40,138 nt of DNA from a virus (Duplodnaviria; Caudoviricetes). A program made the translations under genes and the position numbers. Shown here piece after piece: positions 26,439-36,335 of this stretch. Each line of letters starts with the position of its first letter. Position 1 is the stretch's first letter. The stretch is from IMG/VR virus record IMGVR_UViG_3300037440_000207, positions 1 to 40,138 of that record; one strand, 5' to 3'. Below the pieces are notes generated by a model. That model did not search any database. It was not told the origin of the DNA and worked only from the letters and a program-made list of their open reading frames with translations.

Positions 26439-27606
26439 TTTTGGAATAACAGAAACCGGTTTCAATCGAAAGCGCCTAGACGTTATTTTAGAAGAACTAA
26501 ATAACGAAGTGCGGGCCATACTCGGAGAAAATGCGAATCTATCCCCGGAATCACCTGATGGCCAAATAAATGGTGTGTTGTCTGAAAGTTTCGCAAACCT
26601 GTGGGAAATAGGCCAAGCGGCATATAATTCTTTCAATCCGTCAGCCGCAACAGGCGCGGCGCTTTCAAATTTAGTTCAGCTGAACGGAATTACTCGCCTC
26701 GCTGCAAGTGCATCTTTTGTAGATTTATTTTTAACAGGAACCCCAGGCGCATTTATTCCGGCAGGCAGTTTGGTTAGCGGCGCAGGAGTTCCTGTGTTTT
26801 TTCAAACTGTGACCGATGTAACACTAGATGGTAGTGGTGAAGGGGTAACAGAAGCAATAGCACAACAAACTGGTCCAATAATTGCGAACGCGGGGACATT
26901 AGTAAACATTGAAACCCCAATAACAGGTTGGCTCACTGTTACAAATCCAGATAACGCAACTATTGGGCGAAATGAAGAAACGGATTTAGAATTGCGTGCA
27001 AGGCGTCAAAAATCAACGGCGGCCGCATCGCAATCAATTATTGATTCAATTTTTGCAAACGTGGCGGATTTACCGGGCGTTGTTCAAGTTGCTGTTATTG
27101 AAAATGATACGGACGCGACTGTCGATAGTCAGCCGCCACACTCTTTTCACACTGTAGTTTTAGGTGGAGATAATCAAGATATTGCAAATGAAATATTTTT
27201 AAGAAAACCAGCAGGAATTCAAGCTTTTGGAAGTATTACAGAAGTTGTAAACGATATTCAGGGATTCCCACATAATATCAGCTTTTCCAGACCTGTTGAA
27301 ATTCCAATTTTTGTTATTGTTAATACCAGTGTGGGTACCATGTATCCTAGTAATGGTGATGATCTGATAAAACAAAACATTGTTGATTACTCAAACGGTA
27401 ATTTAGTCGAGGGGCAAGGGTTCTTTTTGGGTGACGATGTTATACAATCGCGCCTATATACGCCAGCTAACCGCGTTCCAAACCATGACGTTATAGAAAT
27501 ACTGATCGGTACGAGTTCCCCGCCTACATTAGAAGACAATATAACAATTGGCAATGATGAATTGGCGGTATTTACTGTCGATAATATTGAAGTTAACCAC
27601 GTATGA
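26431..27606 (+). CDS. Baseplate J-like wedge protein
   Basis: SPDGQ, FNPSAATG..L, GRNEETD.ELRAR, ENDT, PPHS, KPAGI motifs. Confidence 0.92.
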   Translation: MPDFGITETGFNRKRLDVILEELNNEVRAILGENANLSPESPDGQINGVLSESFANLWEIGQAAYNSFNPSAATGAALSNLVQLNGITRLAASASFVDLFLTGTPGAFIPAGSLVSGAGVPVFFQTVTDVTLDGSGEGVTEAIAQQTGPIIANAGTLVNIETPITGWLTVTNPDNATIGRNEETDLELRARRQKSTAAASQSIIDSIFANVADLPGVVQVAVIENDTDATVDSQPPHSFHTVVLGGDNQDIANEIFLRKPAGIQAFGSITEVVNDIQGFPHNISFSRPVEIPIFVIVNTSVGTMYPSNGDDLIKQNIVDYSNGNLVEGQGFFLGDDVIQSRLYTPANRVPNHDVIEILIGTSSPPTLEDNITIGNDELAVFTVDNIEVNHV

Positions 27607-28283
27607 TTGAGCCTATTGATCATCAGGATTTAGCGATAAGTCGATTAGCGACGCAGTTTCGAGAATCGGCTAATTTAATTGCATATATCCGCGCACTGGT
27701 TGTTGAATCAAACAACCTTGAAGAAATGTTTAACTCGCTTCTAAATGATCGTTGGATTGATACCGCATTTGGCGTACAGCTTGATATTTTAGGTGCGATT
27801 GTTGGGCAACCGAGAACATTAATTGAATCAAGTACAATCGTATATTTTGGATTTGATGGTGATATAGGTTCGGAAGGGTTCACAGATTTAAATAATACCG
27901 CGCTTGGCGGTAGATTTATCGGATTGAATGAGCCTGCAACCGGGTTTAGAGAATTAGACGACGAAGAATATAGAATATTCATTCGTTTTCGTATTCTTAA
28001 AAATATAACGAAAGGTACAATTAACGAGGTTATTGAACAAATTAGACAAGTTTTCGATTTTGAATTCGTTATATTAACCGAGTTGCCTAATGCGAAATAC
28101 AGAATTGAATTTGATCGCGAACTAACTTTAAATGAATTTTTAGTATTGACACAATCTGGACTAATTATAAAACCTGTTGGTGTCGGTGTGGAATATATAA
28201 TGGTTCCATTTGAACCGCTTGTAACCGAAAATGGTGATTTTATAGTTACCGAAAACGGTGATTTTATTGGAGTATACCCATAA
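27603..28283 (+). CDS. Baseplate wedge protein (DUF2612 family) with C-terminal VTENGDF repeats
   Basis: IDTA.GVQLDILGAIVG..R, YFGF, LDDEEYR, KPVGV motifs. Confidence 0.88.
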   Translation: MIEPIDHQDLAISRLATQFRESANLIAYIRALVVESNNLEEMFNSLLNDRWIDTAFGVQLDILGAIVGQPRTLIESSTIVYFGFDGDIGSEGFTDLNNTALGGRFIGLNEPATGFRELDDEEYRIFIRFRILKNITKGTINEVIEQIRQVFDFEFVILTELPNAKYRIEFDRELTLNEFLVLTQSGLIIKPVGVGVEYIMVPFEPLVTENGDFIVTENGDFIGVYP

Positions 28284-28816
28284 TGGCAAATTTTGAAATT
28301 AACGATTTACCGCCAATTGTTCCGGCGCCTGATACAAATTTAATGGGTCAAACAGCTGGTGGCGCAACGGGTAAATTCCCGTTTAGCGCAATAAGTAATA
28401 ACAGAGTTTTAGTTAGAAAAACTGCCGGACAGAGTATTCCAGCAGCGTCAATAACAACATTGACATGGCAAGCAGTTGAGCATGATCCACTAGGCGCGTT
28501 TAGTTCGCCATCAACTATTATTGTGCCCGCTGGGTTTTCTTTCGCTAGATTTACAGCGTATGCTGATTGGGATGATGACGATGGTGGCTCATATTTACTG
28601 CTACGCGTGTCCGATGTACTAACGCCAAATAATGTTTATTTTGGCGCGACTGATTCTAAAAATCCTACTGGAACTGCTGATACAGATATTACGCAGAGTT
28701 TGATTTCGGTATGGGCGCCCGTTACACCGGGGCAAGAATTTATATGTAGAGCCGAACACAACAATACCAGCCAAAATGTTAATACTAATTCGTTATTCCA
28801 AGTGGAGTTTATATAA
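28283..28816 (+). CDS. Small tail appendage / accessory receptor-binding protein
   Basis: MANFEINDLP N-terminus; beta-rich body; between wedge and fibre genes. Confidence 0.6.
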   Translation: MANFEINDLPPIVPAPDTNLMGQTAGGATGKFPFSAISNNRVLVRKTAGQSIPAASITTLTWQAVEHDPLGAFSSPSTIIVPAGFSFARFTAYADWDDDDGGSYLLLRVSDVLTPNNVYFGATDSKNPTGTADTDITQSLISVWAPVTPGQEFICRAEHNNTSQNVNTNSLFQVEFI

Positions 28817-29865
28817 TGGCGATAGATAAACCGACAGATTTATCGAGAATCTGGGCCGAAGGCGCGCCCGGTGGAAATGTTGTCGATCCGGGCGATGTTA
28901 AATTTGATGCGGGATGGATTGCCGAAAAGCCGCCGTTCCAATCATTTAATTTTTTGCAGCAGTTATTTACGCAAGCAATTGGGCACAATAACGAACAGGG
29001 TATAAACCTTTGGGATAATCAAACAGTTTATCCCGTTGGTGGATTGACAAAACTAGCAAGCGGTGTCGTTTATACTTGTATTCAAGAAAGCGAGGGTAAC
29101 GAGCCGACAGCGTCACCTTTGTTTTGGCAACCGTTTATTCCACCCGCTCCTGATTTGTCGAATTTTTTAGAAAACGTAGATATGCAAGTGTTTAACGCCA
29201 ATGGCACTTTTGCAGCAAACGCAAACCGCGCGGCGGTTTTGTTTATTGGCATTGGTGGCGGTGGTGGTGGGGGTGGCGTGGATATTAGCGGCCCCGTTGT
29301 CGCTGCTGGCGGGGCCGCTGGCGCATTTGGCCTAACGCTATTGACGGGCGCTTCCGCGACAGCATCGCGCGCGATAACAATAGGTAGCGGCGGCACAGGC
29401 GGCACAGTTGCTGGCACAGCGGGGACCACTGGCGGGCAAACCTCTATAGCCTCAGTGCTGACCCTGCAAGGCGGCGGGGGCGGTTCCGGGAGCATAGGTG
29501 GAACAGGCTACACGATAGGAGCTGTTAATAAAGTGCGGCAAGGCGGCACGGGTAATGGGGGAGCCCTAAGCCTTGGCGTGGGTTTTGTTGTAAATGGCGC
29601 GAGCGGCGATCCTGGAATTGCGTTCAGCTTCTCCGTAGGCGAAGATAGCATGACGGGGCACTCTAACTTAGGCAATGGCGGTGGAGGAATGCTATTTGGT
29701 CGCCCATCTGTGGGTATATTGGGTTCCTCGAATTCAGCAGGTGCCGCTGCTGTTTCTAACAGCGGCAGCGGGGGCGGGGGGGGTCGCACAGTCTCCGCCG
29801 CTTTTAATGCCGCAGGCGGGTCAGGCGGATCAGGCCGCGTCATTGCACTGAGCTTTTTACGGTAA
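28816..29865 (+). CDS. Tail fibre protein with glycine-rich C-terminal domain
   Basis: IWAE, GW..EKPPFQSFN.L N-terminal motif; W....YPVG...VY.C....GNEP....FWQ module; GGGGGGG and GGSGGSG motifs. Confidence 0.82.
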   Translation: MAIDKPTDLSRIWAEGAPGGNVVDPGDVKFDAGWIAEKPPFQSFNFLQQLFTQAIGHNNEQGINLWDNQTVYPVGGLTKLASGVVYTCIQESEGNEPTASPLFWQPFIPPAPDLSNFLENVDMQVFNANGTFAANANRAAVLFIGIGGGGGGGGVDISGPVVAAGGAAGAFGLTLLTGASATASRAITIGSGGTGGTVAGTAGTTGGQTSIASVLTLQGGGGGSGSIGGTGYTIGAVNKVRQGGTGNGGALSLGVGFVVNGASGDPGIAFSFSVGEDSMTGHSNLGNGGGGMLFGRPSVGILGSSNSAGAAAVSNSGSGGGGGRTVSAAFNAAGGSGGSGRVIALSFLR

Positions 29866-29869
29866 TTTC

Positions 29870-30400
29870 ATGAAACAAAAAATTGTAAATTCGATTATTG
29901 CCCGCGAAGGTGGTTACGTTAATGATCCTAACGATTCCGGCGGGGAAACGAATTTCGGTATAACGGTTAAAGTTGCAAGGGAAAATGGATACACCGGTAA
30001 AATGATTGATATGCTGCGCGCTGTAGCCGAAGAAATTTATGGTAAACAATACTGGGACGCGGTGCAAGGCGATCAGTTAGTTTTCCTTTCCGAAAAAATC
30101 GCGGACGAAGTTACAGACACTGCTGTAAATATGGGTGTACACCGTGCGGCGACATTTTTGCAACGCGCATTAAATGTGTTAAACGATAACGGAAAGCATT
30201 ACGAAAATGTAACTGTTGATGGAAATATAGGTGCGAAAACTCTAGATGCTGTTTACCAATATTTGTTGCGTCGAGACGAAATTGTTTTGTTGCGCGTACT
30301 AAATTCCTTACAAGGCGCATTTTATGTTGATCTGGCAGAAAGGCGCGAGAAAGATAAATCTTTCATTTATGGATGGTTTAAACATAGGGTTATAATATGA
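29870..30400 (+). CDS. Endolysin, glycoside hydrolase family 108 with peptidoglycan-binding domain
   Basis: REGGYVNDPNDSGGETNFGIT, DTAVNMG, LQRALN, VDGNIG.KTL, FIYGW..HR. Confidence 0.93.
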   Translation: MKQKIVNSIIAREGGYVNDPNDSGGETNFGITVKVARENGYTGKMIDMLRAVAEEIYGKQYWDAVQGDQLVFLSEKIADEVTDTAVNMGVHRAATFLQRALNVLNDNGKHYENVTVDGNIGAKTLDAVYQYLLRRDEIVLLRVLNSLQGAFYVDLAERREKDKSFIYGWFKHRVII

Positions 30401-30981
30401 AACTTGGCGACCTAATTAAAAAAGTAGGCGCGGGCATTATAAAAAATACAGTGCCCGGCGGCGCGCTTGTTGTGGATATTGTTAACGATTTGCTCCCCGA
30501 TAAATATAAATTGCCGGAAGATGCCACAGGTTCAGATTTAGAAAAAACAATAAAAGGTTTGCCAGCAGAGGCGCAAGCCGCAATTTTTGAAAAAGAATTA
30601 AATATTCAACAAATTGAAATTCAAGAAAACCATTCTACATTGCGGGCTGCTCTTGACTCGGATGCAAAAAATCCACATTCGACGCGGCCATATATTGCAA
30701 AGCATAGCTTCCACGTTATCGGTGCAGCCATATTAATAACAGTCAGCGCGTGGGCTTACGGTGTAATCGTTGGAAACGCTGAAATTGTGCGGTCGGTAAT
30801 GGATGGATGGCCGTTTATTTTGGCGGCTGTCGGCCCTCTGGTGTATTTGTTACACGCATATTTCGGTATATTGAAAACAGAGCATAGAAATAAATTGGAC
30901 GCGGCAAACGGGAAGCAGGCACAATCCGAAGGCATCGCCGGGATTATTTCAGCTATAGTGAGGTCTCGCGATAAATCTTAA
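30397..30981 (+). CDS. Putative holin (membrane protein coupled to the endolysin)
   Basis: ATGA overlap with endolysin; TRPYIA motif then two hydrophobic helices and AYFG. Confidence 0.65.
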   Translation: MKLGDLIKKVGAGIIKNTVPGGALVVDIVNDLLPDKYKLPEDATGSDLEKTIKGLPAEAQAAIFEKELNIQQIEIQENHSTLRAALDSDAKNPHSTRPYIAKHSFHVIGAAILITVSAWAYGVIVGNAEIVRSVMDGWPFILAAVGPLVYLLHAYFGILKTEHRNKLDAANGKQAQSEGIAGIISAIVRSRDKS

Positions 30982-32365
30982 TCGCCGCTCTAAAGTCAAT
31001 TTGCTGTTGTGCATTATCACCTAATCTGGAAAATATGGCTTCGTCAATAGTGTTTTTTGCGATTAGATGATGTATACGCACTTGCCCCGAAACCCCTTGC
31101 CTGTAAATTCTACGGACAAATTGTAAATAATTTTCAGTGCTATAGCTCAAACTATAAAAACAAATATCATTTGCGCATTTTTGCAAATTTAAACCATGCG
31201 CGCCGGTATCCGGGTGCAATGCTAAAACTTGAATCTCGCCGCGATTCCAAGCGGCTTCAATTTTAGCCGCGTCTGCGTCACTAACTCCGCGACCAATATG
31301 CGGTAAATCCGCGCCGAAGGTTTCGCGCAGCCCTTCTAAATCATGCTGATAATAATACGCCACCAGTAGGGGTTTTCCCGCCAGTTCTTCGACTAAATCC
31401 GCTATCGCCTGCTGTTTTTCCCGGTGAACCAGTAAAGCCTTGCGCGAGCGTATCCAGCGGCGCGCCTCCACATCGTTAAGCCTGTCTGGCGTCGCCTCAT
31501 ATATTCTACCGTTCGCGATCTGGTGGCATTTGCTGGCCGCGCTTACCGCAGCTTTTGCAGTTATTTCCTGATCATCAATCTGAATAAAGAATTCGCGCTC
31601 CATTTGGGAATATTGCTTTCGCGCTTTTTCTGGTAAATCAATATAAATTTGATTATATAAAATTTGTGGCATATCTAGGTAATCTTCTGCGGACATTTCT
31701 AAAGTAACGGGAGCGACGCGCTTTTTTATTTCTTCTTCCGCACCATCATTCAAAATATATTGGTATTCATTCCAGTCGGGTGAATGGAAATATTTTGCGC
31801 GGAATTTATAGAAATTGTTTCCCAGCGCTTCCCCTTCGTCTAATAAGAAAAATTGCGCCCACAAATCCTGTAAACCTTTACTAGCTGGCGTCCCGCTCAT
31901 AATATGGCGGCGAGTGAATAGCGGGAGCATTTGCGCGAGATATTCAAACCGCTGAGCTTTATGGTTTTTGAATTTTGTACTTTCGTCAATCCACAATGCC
32001 GAAAAGGGACATTTTTTACCCGCTTTTAAACCTATTAATAATTCTTTAAATAACCATTTCAAACCTTCGGGATTTATTAGATAAATATCTTTCTTTTTAC
32101 CCCATAAATCAACTTTACCTTTACCATGTAATATGCAATAACTAAGCTTAGTGAAATTGCGCCAGTTTTCTATTTCTTTTGGCCAAGTTAAATACATAGG
32201 CCGCTTAGGTACAACAACCAAAACGCCGCCGCCGATAATTTTTATTGTACAAAGACTGGTTGAAGTTTTACCTAAACCGGGGTCAAGAAACAGCGCCGAT
32301 TTTGGATTGGTCAGTAAAAAACTAACCGCCTCCAGTTGGTAGTTATGAGGTTGCCAGATATTCAT
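30953..32365 (-). CDS. SNF2-family helicase
   Basis: PHNYQ, LFLDPGLGKT, IDESTKFKN, SGTP, HGLNLQ, RIYRQG. Confidence 0.93.
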   Translation of the reverse strand: MNIWQPHNYQLEAVSFLLTNPKSALFLDPGLGKTSTSLCTIKIIGGGVLVVVPKRPMYLTWPKEIENWRNFTKLSYCILHGKGKVDLWGKKKDIYLINPEGLKWLFKELLIGLKAGKKCPFSALWIDESTKFKNHKAQRFEYLAQMLPLFTRRHIMSGTPASKGLQDLWAQFFLLDEGEALGNNFYKFRAKYFHSPDWNEYQYILNDGAEEEIKKRVAPVTLEMSAEDYLDMPQILYNQIYIDLPEKARKQYSQMEREFFIQIDDQEITAKAAVSAASKCHQIANGRIYEATPDRLNDVEARRWIRSRKALLVHREKQQAIADLVEELAGKPLLVAYYYQHDLEGLRETFGADLPHIGRGVSDADAAKIEAAWNRGEIQVLALHPDTGAHGLNLQKCANDICFYSLSYSTENYLQFVRRIYRQGVSGQVRIHHLIAKNTIDEAIFSRLGDNAQQQIDFRAAIKIYRETSL

Positions 32366-32717
32366 TTAATAATTGTTCGGCTTGCGCGGCGGTATAGCAA
32401 ACATAATAGCGAAATCCCAATTCTATTATTTGTTTTCTAACTGCCTTTTGCGGCGCAGATAGTTTACCCTTTTCAGCTTTGAATTCAATAAATAGCATTT
32501 TTCCATTTGGGCACAATATTGTGCGATCAGGAAATCCCCGCTGATTTAGCGTGATTAACTTTAGCGGTAAGCATCCGCGCCGTTTAGCATAACTGCAAAA
32601 AGTTTGTTCAATTGTCTTTTCACTGGTGCTGGCCGTTTTCTTTGTCAGCTTTTCGGCGTTGTTTATGAAATTTTCAATCGCCCCCATAAAATAGACCCTT
32701 ATAAAAATGCGCCCCAC
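32343..32717 (-). CDS. VRR-NUC domain nuclease
   Basis: EKTIE, GFPDR, FIEFKA..GKLS..Q motifs; start may be about 10 codons downstream. Confidence 0.9.
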   Translation of the reverse strand: MGRIFIRVYFMGAIENFINNAEKLTKKTASTSEKTIEQTFCSYAKRRGCLPLKLITLNQRGFPDRTILCPNGKMLFIEFKAEKGKLSAPQKAVRKQIIELGFRYYVCYTAAQAEQLLNEYLATS

Positions 32718-32731
32718 AGTGGGGGCGCATT
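32703..32731 (-). terminator. Rho-independent terminator
   Basis: aatgcgcccc/ggggcgcatt stem followed by a T-run on the minus strand, just after 32737..32961. Confidence 0.7.
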
Positions 32732-32736
32732 GCGTA

Positions 32737-32961
32737 TTAGCAATACTGCAAAAAGGCGGTCAGTAACCCATAGACCGCCTTTTCGCCGCACTTATCACAT
32801 TCGTATTTTTCCGCATCAGGCTCGCACTCCCAGCGAGCAGCGCCGCAATTGAAACAAACCCCTTCGCCATGGTGTTCTTCCATAAATTCAAAGTGGCCGA
32901 TTTCATTTGCTTCGTCCAGCAATGCGTTTAGTTCGGTTTGGCACGCTTTTGACATTTTCAT
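32737..32961 (-). CDS. Small acidic zinc-ribbon protein
   Basis: GVCFNCG...CEPDA..YECDKCGEKAVYG (CxxC...CxxC); bounded by its own promoter and terminator. Confidence 0.8.
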   Translation of the reverse strand: MKMSKACQTELNALLDEANEIGHFEFMEEHHGEGVCFNCGAARWECEPDAEKYECDKCGEKAVYGLLTAFLQYC

Positions 32962-32988
32962 TTTTCAGTTTCTCGCTTTCGGGTTCCT

Positions 32989-33050
32989 TAAACAACGAAA
33001 CCACTATACACCACCTGAAATCAACAGTGCAACGCTTTTTGCAAATAAAA
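32989..33050 (-). promoter_or_regulatory. Sigma70-like leftward promoter (TTGCAC-18bp-TATAGT)
   Basis: -35 at 33032..33027, -10 at 33008..33003; flanks shared with 628-688. Confidence 0.65.
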
Positions 33051-33077
33051 AAAAAGACGCCCCACAATGGAGGCGCC
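33047..33077 (-). terminator. Rho-independent terminator
   Basis: Minus strand ggcgcctcc..ggggcgtc then nine T. Confidence 0.75.
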
Positions 33078-33088
33078 AAAAACAACAC

Positions 33089-33517
33089 TTACAGGGTATT
33101 GATTGTATTTTGATGCGTTGAGAACTGGCGAACAGCGGCAGCAAGCGCCGTGGCGTCTTCGACAATAGCGTCCGCAAGTTCTTCGATAGCGAAGGTGTCC
33201 GCGCTCTGAAACACGCTAGGAACGATAACCAGCGCCTTGTGTAGTGCCTTCTTAGCGGCAAATGCTGTGGCACGCACTTCTGCCCGTTCCTTGCGAGCTT
33301 CTGCGCGTTCTTCGGCGCCTTCATTTAGTTTTTCGCGCAGTACTTTTTGCTCATCAGCGATGCGTTTTTTCTCAGCTTTCAGCGCGTCCAGCTTTTGACG
33401 TTCCTCGCTTTTTGGTTTTTCAGCGCGCGGCTTACGCGGCTTCTTCACTTTCACTTCGACAGTTTCGGCGTCTGCAACGAGTTTTGCCACTGGTGATTTT
33501 TTAACTTTACCGGCCAT
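33089..33517 (-). CDS. Lys/Ala/Glu-rich coiled-coil protein, possibly nucleic-acid binding
   Basis: AGGA RBS, own promoter and terminator; KKPRKPRAEKPK basic segment. Confidence 0.75.
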   Translation of the reverse strand: MAGKVKKSPVAKLVADAETVEVKVKKPRKPRAEKPKSEERQKLDALKAEKKRIADEQKVLREKLNEGAEERAEARKERAEVRATAFAAKKALHKALVIVPSVFQSADTFAIEELADAIVEDATALAAAVRQFSTHQNTINTL

Positions 33518-33567
33518 TTTAAAATTCCTGTGTTATGTGTTAAAGCAGCACTATTACTGCAAGTACA

Positions 33568-33595
33568 ATTATAACGCGTGAAAGGCGTAATGCAA
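33568..33595 (-). promoter_or_regulatory. Sigma70-like promoter (TTGCAT-16bp-TATAAT)
   Basis: Consensus -10 at 33573..33568, -35 at 33595..33590. Confidence 0.65.
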
Positions 33596-33605
33596 GCGAT
33601 TTTAA

Positions 33606-35378
33606 CTATTTATACCCTAAACTTTTCAGTTGTTTTTCAGCCTCTGCGATGTACCAATTTAGGTCTAAATCTGCGGGAATGAAATCCGGCAAATTCATAA
33701 CCGGAATAGCCCCGTCGCTTTTGGGAACCTTGTTACCGTTGGTTTTGTAATGGATAGCTCCCGATTCCCCAGCCCCATAATACCAGCGGACAATTGTCCC
33801 CAGCGTTCGCCCGTTTTTAACCGCTTTACCATTGACAGTGCGAACGCTTATGAATTGGCGAATATCATTACACGCGGCAATAGTGTCGGCGATCCGCGTG
33901 CCGGTTTTCAAAAATTCAATAACAGCATCCGCACAAATATCAGCGGCAGGGTTAGTTTTTAATATTGTCGAATCTAATTGGCTACTGGCGAACGCACCTT
34001 TAGCTTTAGCGCCGTCCGAATATATGGCAATGTAGTTATTAACGTCGCGACTATTTAGGCTTAAATAATCTTTTGACTCCATCATATAGCCGGTGTCTTT
34101 TTCCCATTGGGTTATAATCGGCTCGATCCCGAATTCCATATAATCGGCTTTTATTACAATACCGTCAGTGTTAGCGCTAACTACCGGAATGCCTGCTAAC
34201 TCCAGTCTTTCAATTAGCATCAAAAGTGACAATTGACCAATTACAGTGACTTGCATCATGAGGTTAGGGGAATATAAAAAACTCCACTTGCTCGCCAATT
34301 TGCCGAAACACCCATTAATAGTAATTTTTAGGCTTTCGCTTGTCACGTTATCTTTTGCAGCTTTTGCTTTCAACCGGCGGTCAACGATTGATTTATAGAT
34401 TTTCAGGAACGCGGGGCCAATGTGTTTAGGGAATAGTTTATTATTCAAAATTATTGACGGGTAATAACTGGTAACATCATAATCGCGCAATAAATGGTTT
34501 TCGTTTGTGTGTCGAGTTGATTTTTCGCAAGAATGAAGGCCCCCGACTCCAACTTTATACGTTGTTCCGCCGATTTTGAATTTTCGATTTTTAAGTTTTG
34601 CTGGCAATTGAATGTGACCCGCAGCGTTTAAAGTGAACGGGTTTGAAATAAAATCATGTTGTAATTCTTGCAATAATGGGGTTTTGAATTTTATATATTC
34701 CGGGCATTGGAAACTAAACGAATCTTCTTTTAAATTCGGGCGAGTAACGTCAAGATTGAATTGCCGCCGCAATTCAGCTTTCAAAACTGCTTCCGATATT
34801 TGCGCGTCAGATTTAGAACGCAAATCAACTTTATATTTTTCGCTTAATGATTCGCGAAGAGCAATTTGCGGTTTTAATTTTTCATAAAGTAATTTTGTAT
34901 CGACGTTATCCTTTTTGCAATATTCGCGCAGTAGTGGTAAATCAAATTCATCTATTATCGCATCAAAGCGAATAGGTAAATCTTGCAGTTCCGGGGCGTG
35001 AATGCGCGCGGCATATAGTTTCAACCCGCCGCGCAGCGGGGCGACTTCAATTAGGTCAATATGGTCAACCTGAATTTGCGGAAAGCCGAAGCGCTTGCGC
35101 ACTTCCCACGGTTGCAATTTTTCCCCAATTATAGCTTGACTAACTGAGTACAACATTTCATTTGTAAAGCCCGAAAGCGCTCCTTCAATTATCAATTGGT
35201 CGTATTTGAGTCCATTGAAAGTCACAATTTTGAATTTTTGCAACAGCTTTAAAATAGCATTGCGGTCTAATTCAGAATTGTTCAATTTTTCAAAATATAA
35301 AACTTTTCCATTATCAATGCGCATAAACATTAATAGGAAATAATTTTTATAGCATTCAATGTCACAAGTAACTACCAT
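33606..35378 (-). CDS. DNA polymerase, family B-like, with 3'-5' exonuclease
   Basis: Exo DIE and FNG..YD; motif A DYDVTSYYP; motif B KITINGCFG; motif C SANTDG; DVNNY. Confidence 0.9.
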   Translation of the reverse strand: MVVTCDIECYKNYFLLMFMRIDNGKVLYFEKLNNSELDRNAILKLLQKFKIVTFNGLKYDQLIIEGALSGFTNEMLYSVSQAIIGEKLQPWEVRKRFGFPQIQVDHIDLIEVAPLRGGLKLYAARIHAPELQDLPIRFDAIIDEFDLPLLREYCKKDNVDTKLLYEKLKPQIALRESLSEKYKVDLRSKSDAQISEAVLKAELRRQFNLDVTRPNLKEDSFSFQCPEYIKFKTPLLQELQHDFISNPFTLNAAGHIQLPAKLKNRKFKIGGTTYKVGVGGLHSCEKSTRHTNENHLLRDYDVTSYYPSIILNNKLFPKHIGPAFLKIYKSIVDRRLKAKAAKDNVTSESLKITINGCFGKLASKWSFLYSPNLMMQVTVIGQLSLLMLIERLELAGIPVVSANTDGIVIKADYMEFGIEPIITQWEKDTGYMMESKDYLSLNSRDVNNYIAIYSDGAKAKGAFASSQLDSTILKTNPAADICADAVIEFLKTGTRIADTIAACNDIRQFISVRTVNGKAVKNGRTLGTIVRWYYGAGESGAIHYKTNGNKVPKSDGAIPVMNLPDFIPADLDLNWYIAEAEKQLKSLGYK

Positions 35379-35379
35379 T

Positions 35380-35655
35380 TCAATTATTCCGCAGAATATG
35401 CGCGTCTAGCGTGCCGACTTGCTTTCGGTAAGGCAAGAATTCTTTTGATGTAATTATATTCTTTCGCCCGTCTTTGCATGTGGATACGGCTGTGCCGTCC
35501 ATTAAAATTTCAAGCCGTTTAAATTCACCGTCGCAAACTTTTTTCGCCCATTCGATCAACGCCGGATTTATTGAATATTTTTCGGCGCTTTGCGCTTGGC
35601 ATTTATAATACCCGCCGATAATCGCTAACATTATAACACATATTGTTATTTTCAT
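35380..35655 (-). CDS. Small exported or membrane-anchored protein
   Basis: N-terminal hydrophobic signal-like segment; tightly packed with neighbours. Confidence 0.65.
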   Translation of the reverse strand: MKITICVIMLAIIGGYYKCQAQSAEKYSINPALIEWAKKVCDGEFKRLEILMDGTAVSTCKDGRKNIITSKEFLPYRKQVGTLDAHILRNN

Positions 35656-35656
35656 A

Positions 35657-36196
35657 TTATCGCAATCCCTTAGCCGCCGTTACGCTCGCCTGATTATTGT
35701 ATTGTCCGCGCTTGTCATACGCCGCGCCTTCTGGAACCGGTTCGCATTCCCAGAATACCATTTGCCCAATTTTCATTCCGGGAGTTAAAGTTAGGCAATG
35801 GTGCTGTGTCACGTTTTTTAATTCTAAAGTTAAGCGCGAATTGGTCCAACCTGGATCACACCAACCCGCCAATAAATGCTGTAATCCATTGCGCGCAAGC
35901 GATGATTTAAGTTTGTATTCCGCAGCAATATTATTAGGTAGATTAAAAATTTCACGCGATGACGCAAGAATAAATTCACCCGGTCGCATTTGGTAGTTAG
36001 TGTGAATGTTGCAATTTGTAGTTGTTACTGATTTCCTACGCATTAAATCCACATTAAAATACGCACTTGTAGATTCAATTAAAATTTCATCGTGCAAAGT
36101 TATGTCAATAGACGCTGCGTTTACGTTTTCCATTGGCGCGTTAATTACGCCGCGCTCTACTAATTCGCAAAGTCTGTTGTATGATAAAAGGCCCAT
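35657..36196 (-). CDS. dcd: dCTP deaminase
   Basis: NAASIDITL, PGEFILA, KSSLARNGL, AGWCDPGW, LTLEL, PGMKIGQ, Y...GQYNNQ; GAGGG RBS before ATG 36196. Confidence 0.92.
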   Translation of the reverse strand: MGLLSYNRLCELVERGVINAPMENVNAASIDITLHDEILIESTSAYFNVDLMRRKSVTTTNCNIHTNYQMRPGEFILASSREIFNLPNNIAAEYKLKSSLARNGLQHLLAGWCDPGWTNSRLTLELKNVTQHHCLTLTPGMKIGQMVFWECEPVPEGAAYDKRGQYNNQASVTAAKGLR

Positions 36197-36197
36197 T

Positions 36198-36335
36198 TTA
36201 TTTCCCCTCGATTTCATCAAGTATTTGTTGCACTTTATCGGTACTGTTGTCGTTTATCCATTTTGCAGCTTCGTAACTACAAAAAGAAAGCGCGTAAGTT
36301 AAAAGTGCAATATACAGTAGCAGTAAAATTTTCAT
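36198..36335 (-). CDS. Small membrane protein (45 aa)
   Basis: ATGA coupling to the methyltransferase stop; MKILLLLYIALLTYALSF hydrophobic helix. Confidence 0.6.
   Translation of the reverse strand: MKILLLLYIALLTYALSFCSYEAAKWINDNSTDKVQQILDEIEGK

Noticed and set aside
29250-29865. High-GC segment as a foreign insertion
   Set aside because: Explained by Gly/Ala codons of the glycine-rich fibre domain; no boundary repeats seen
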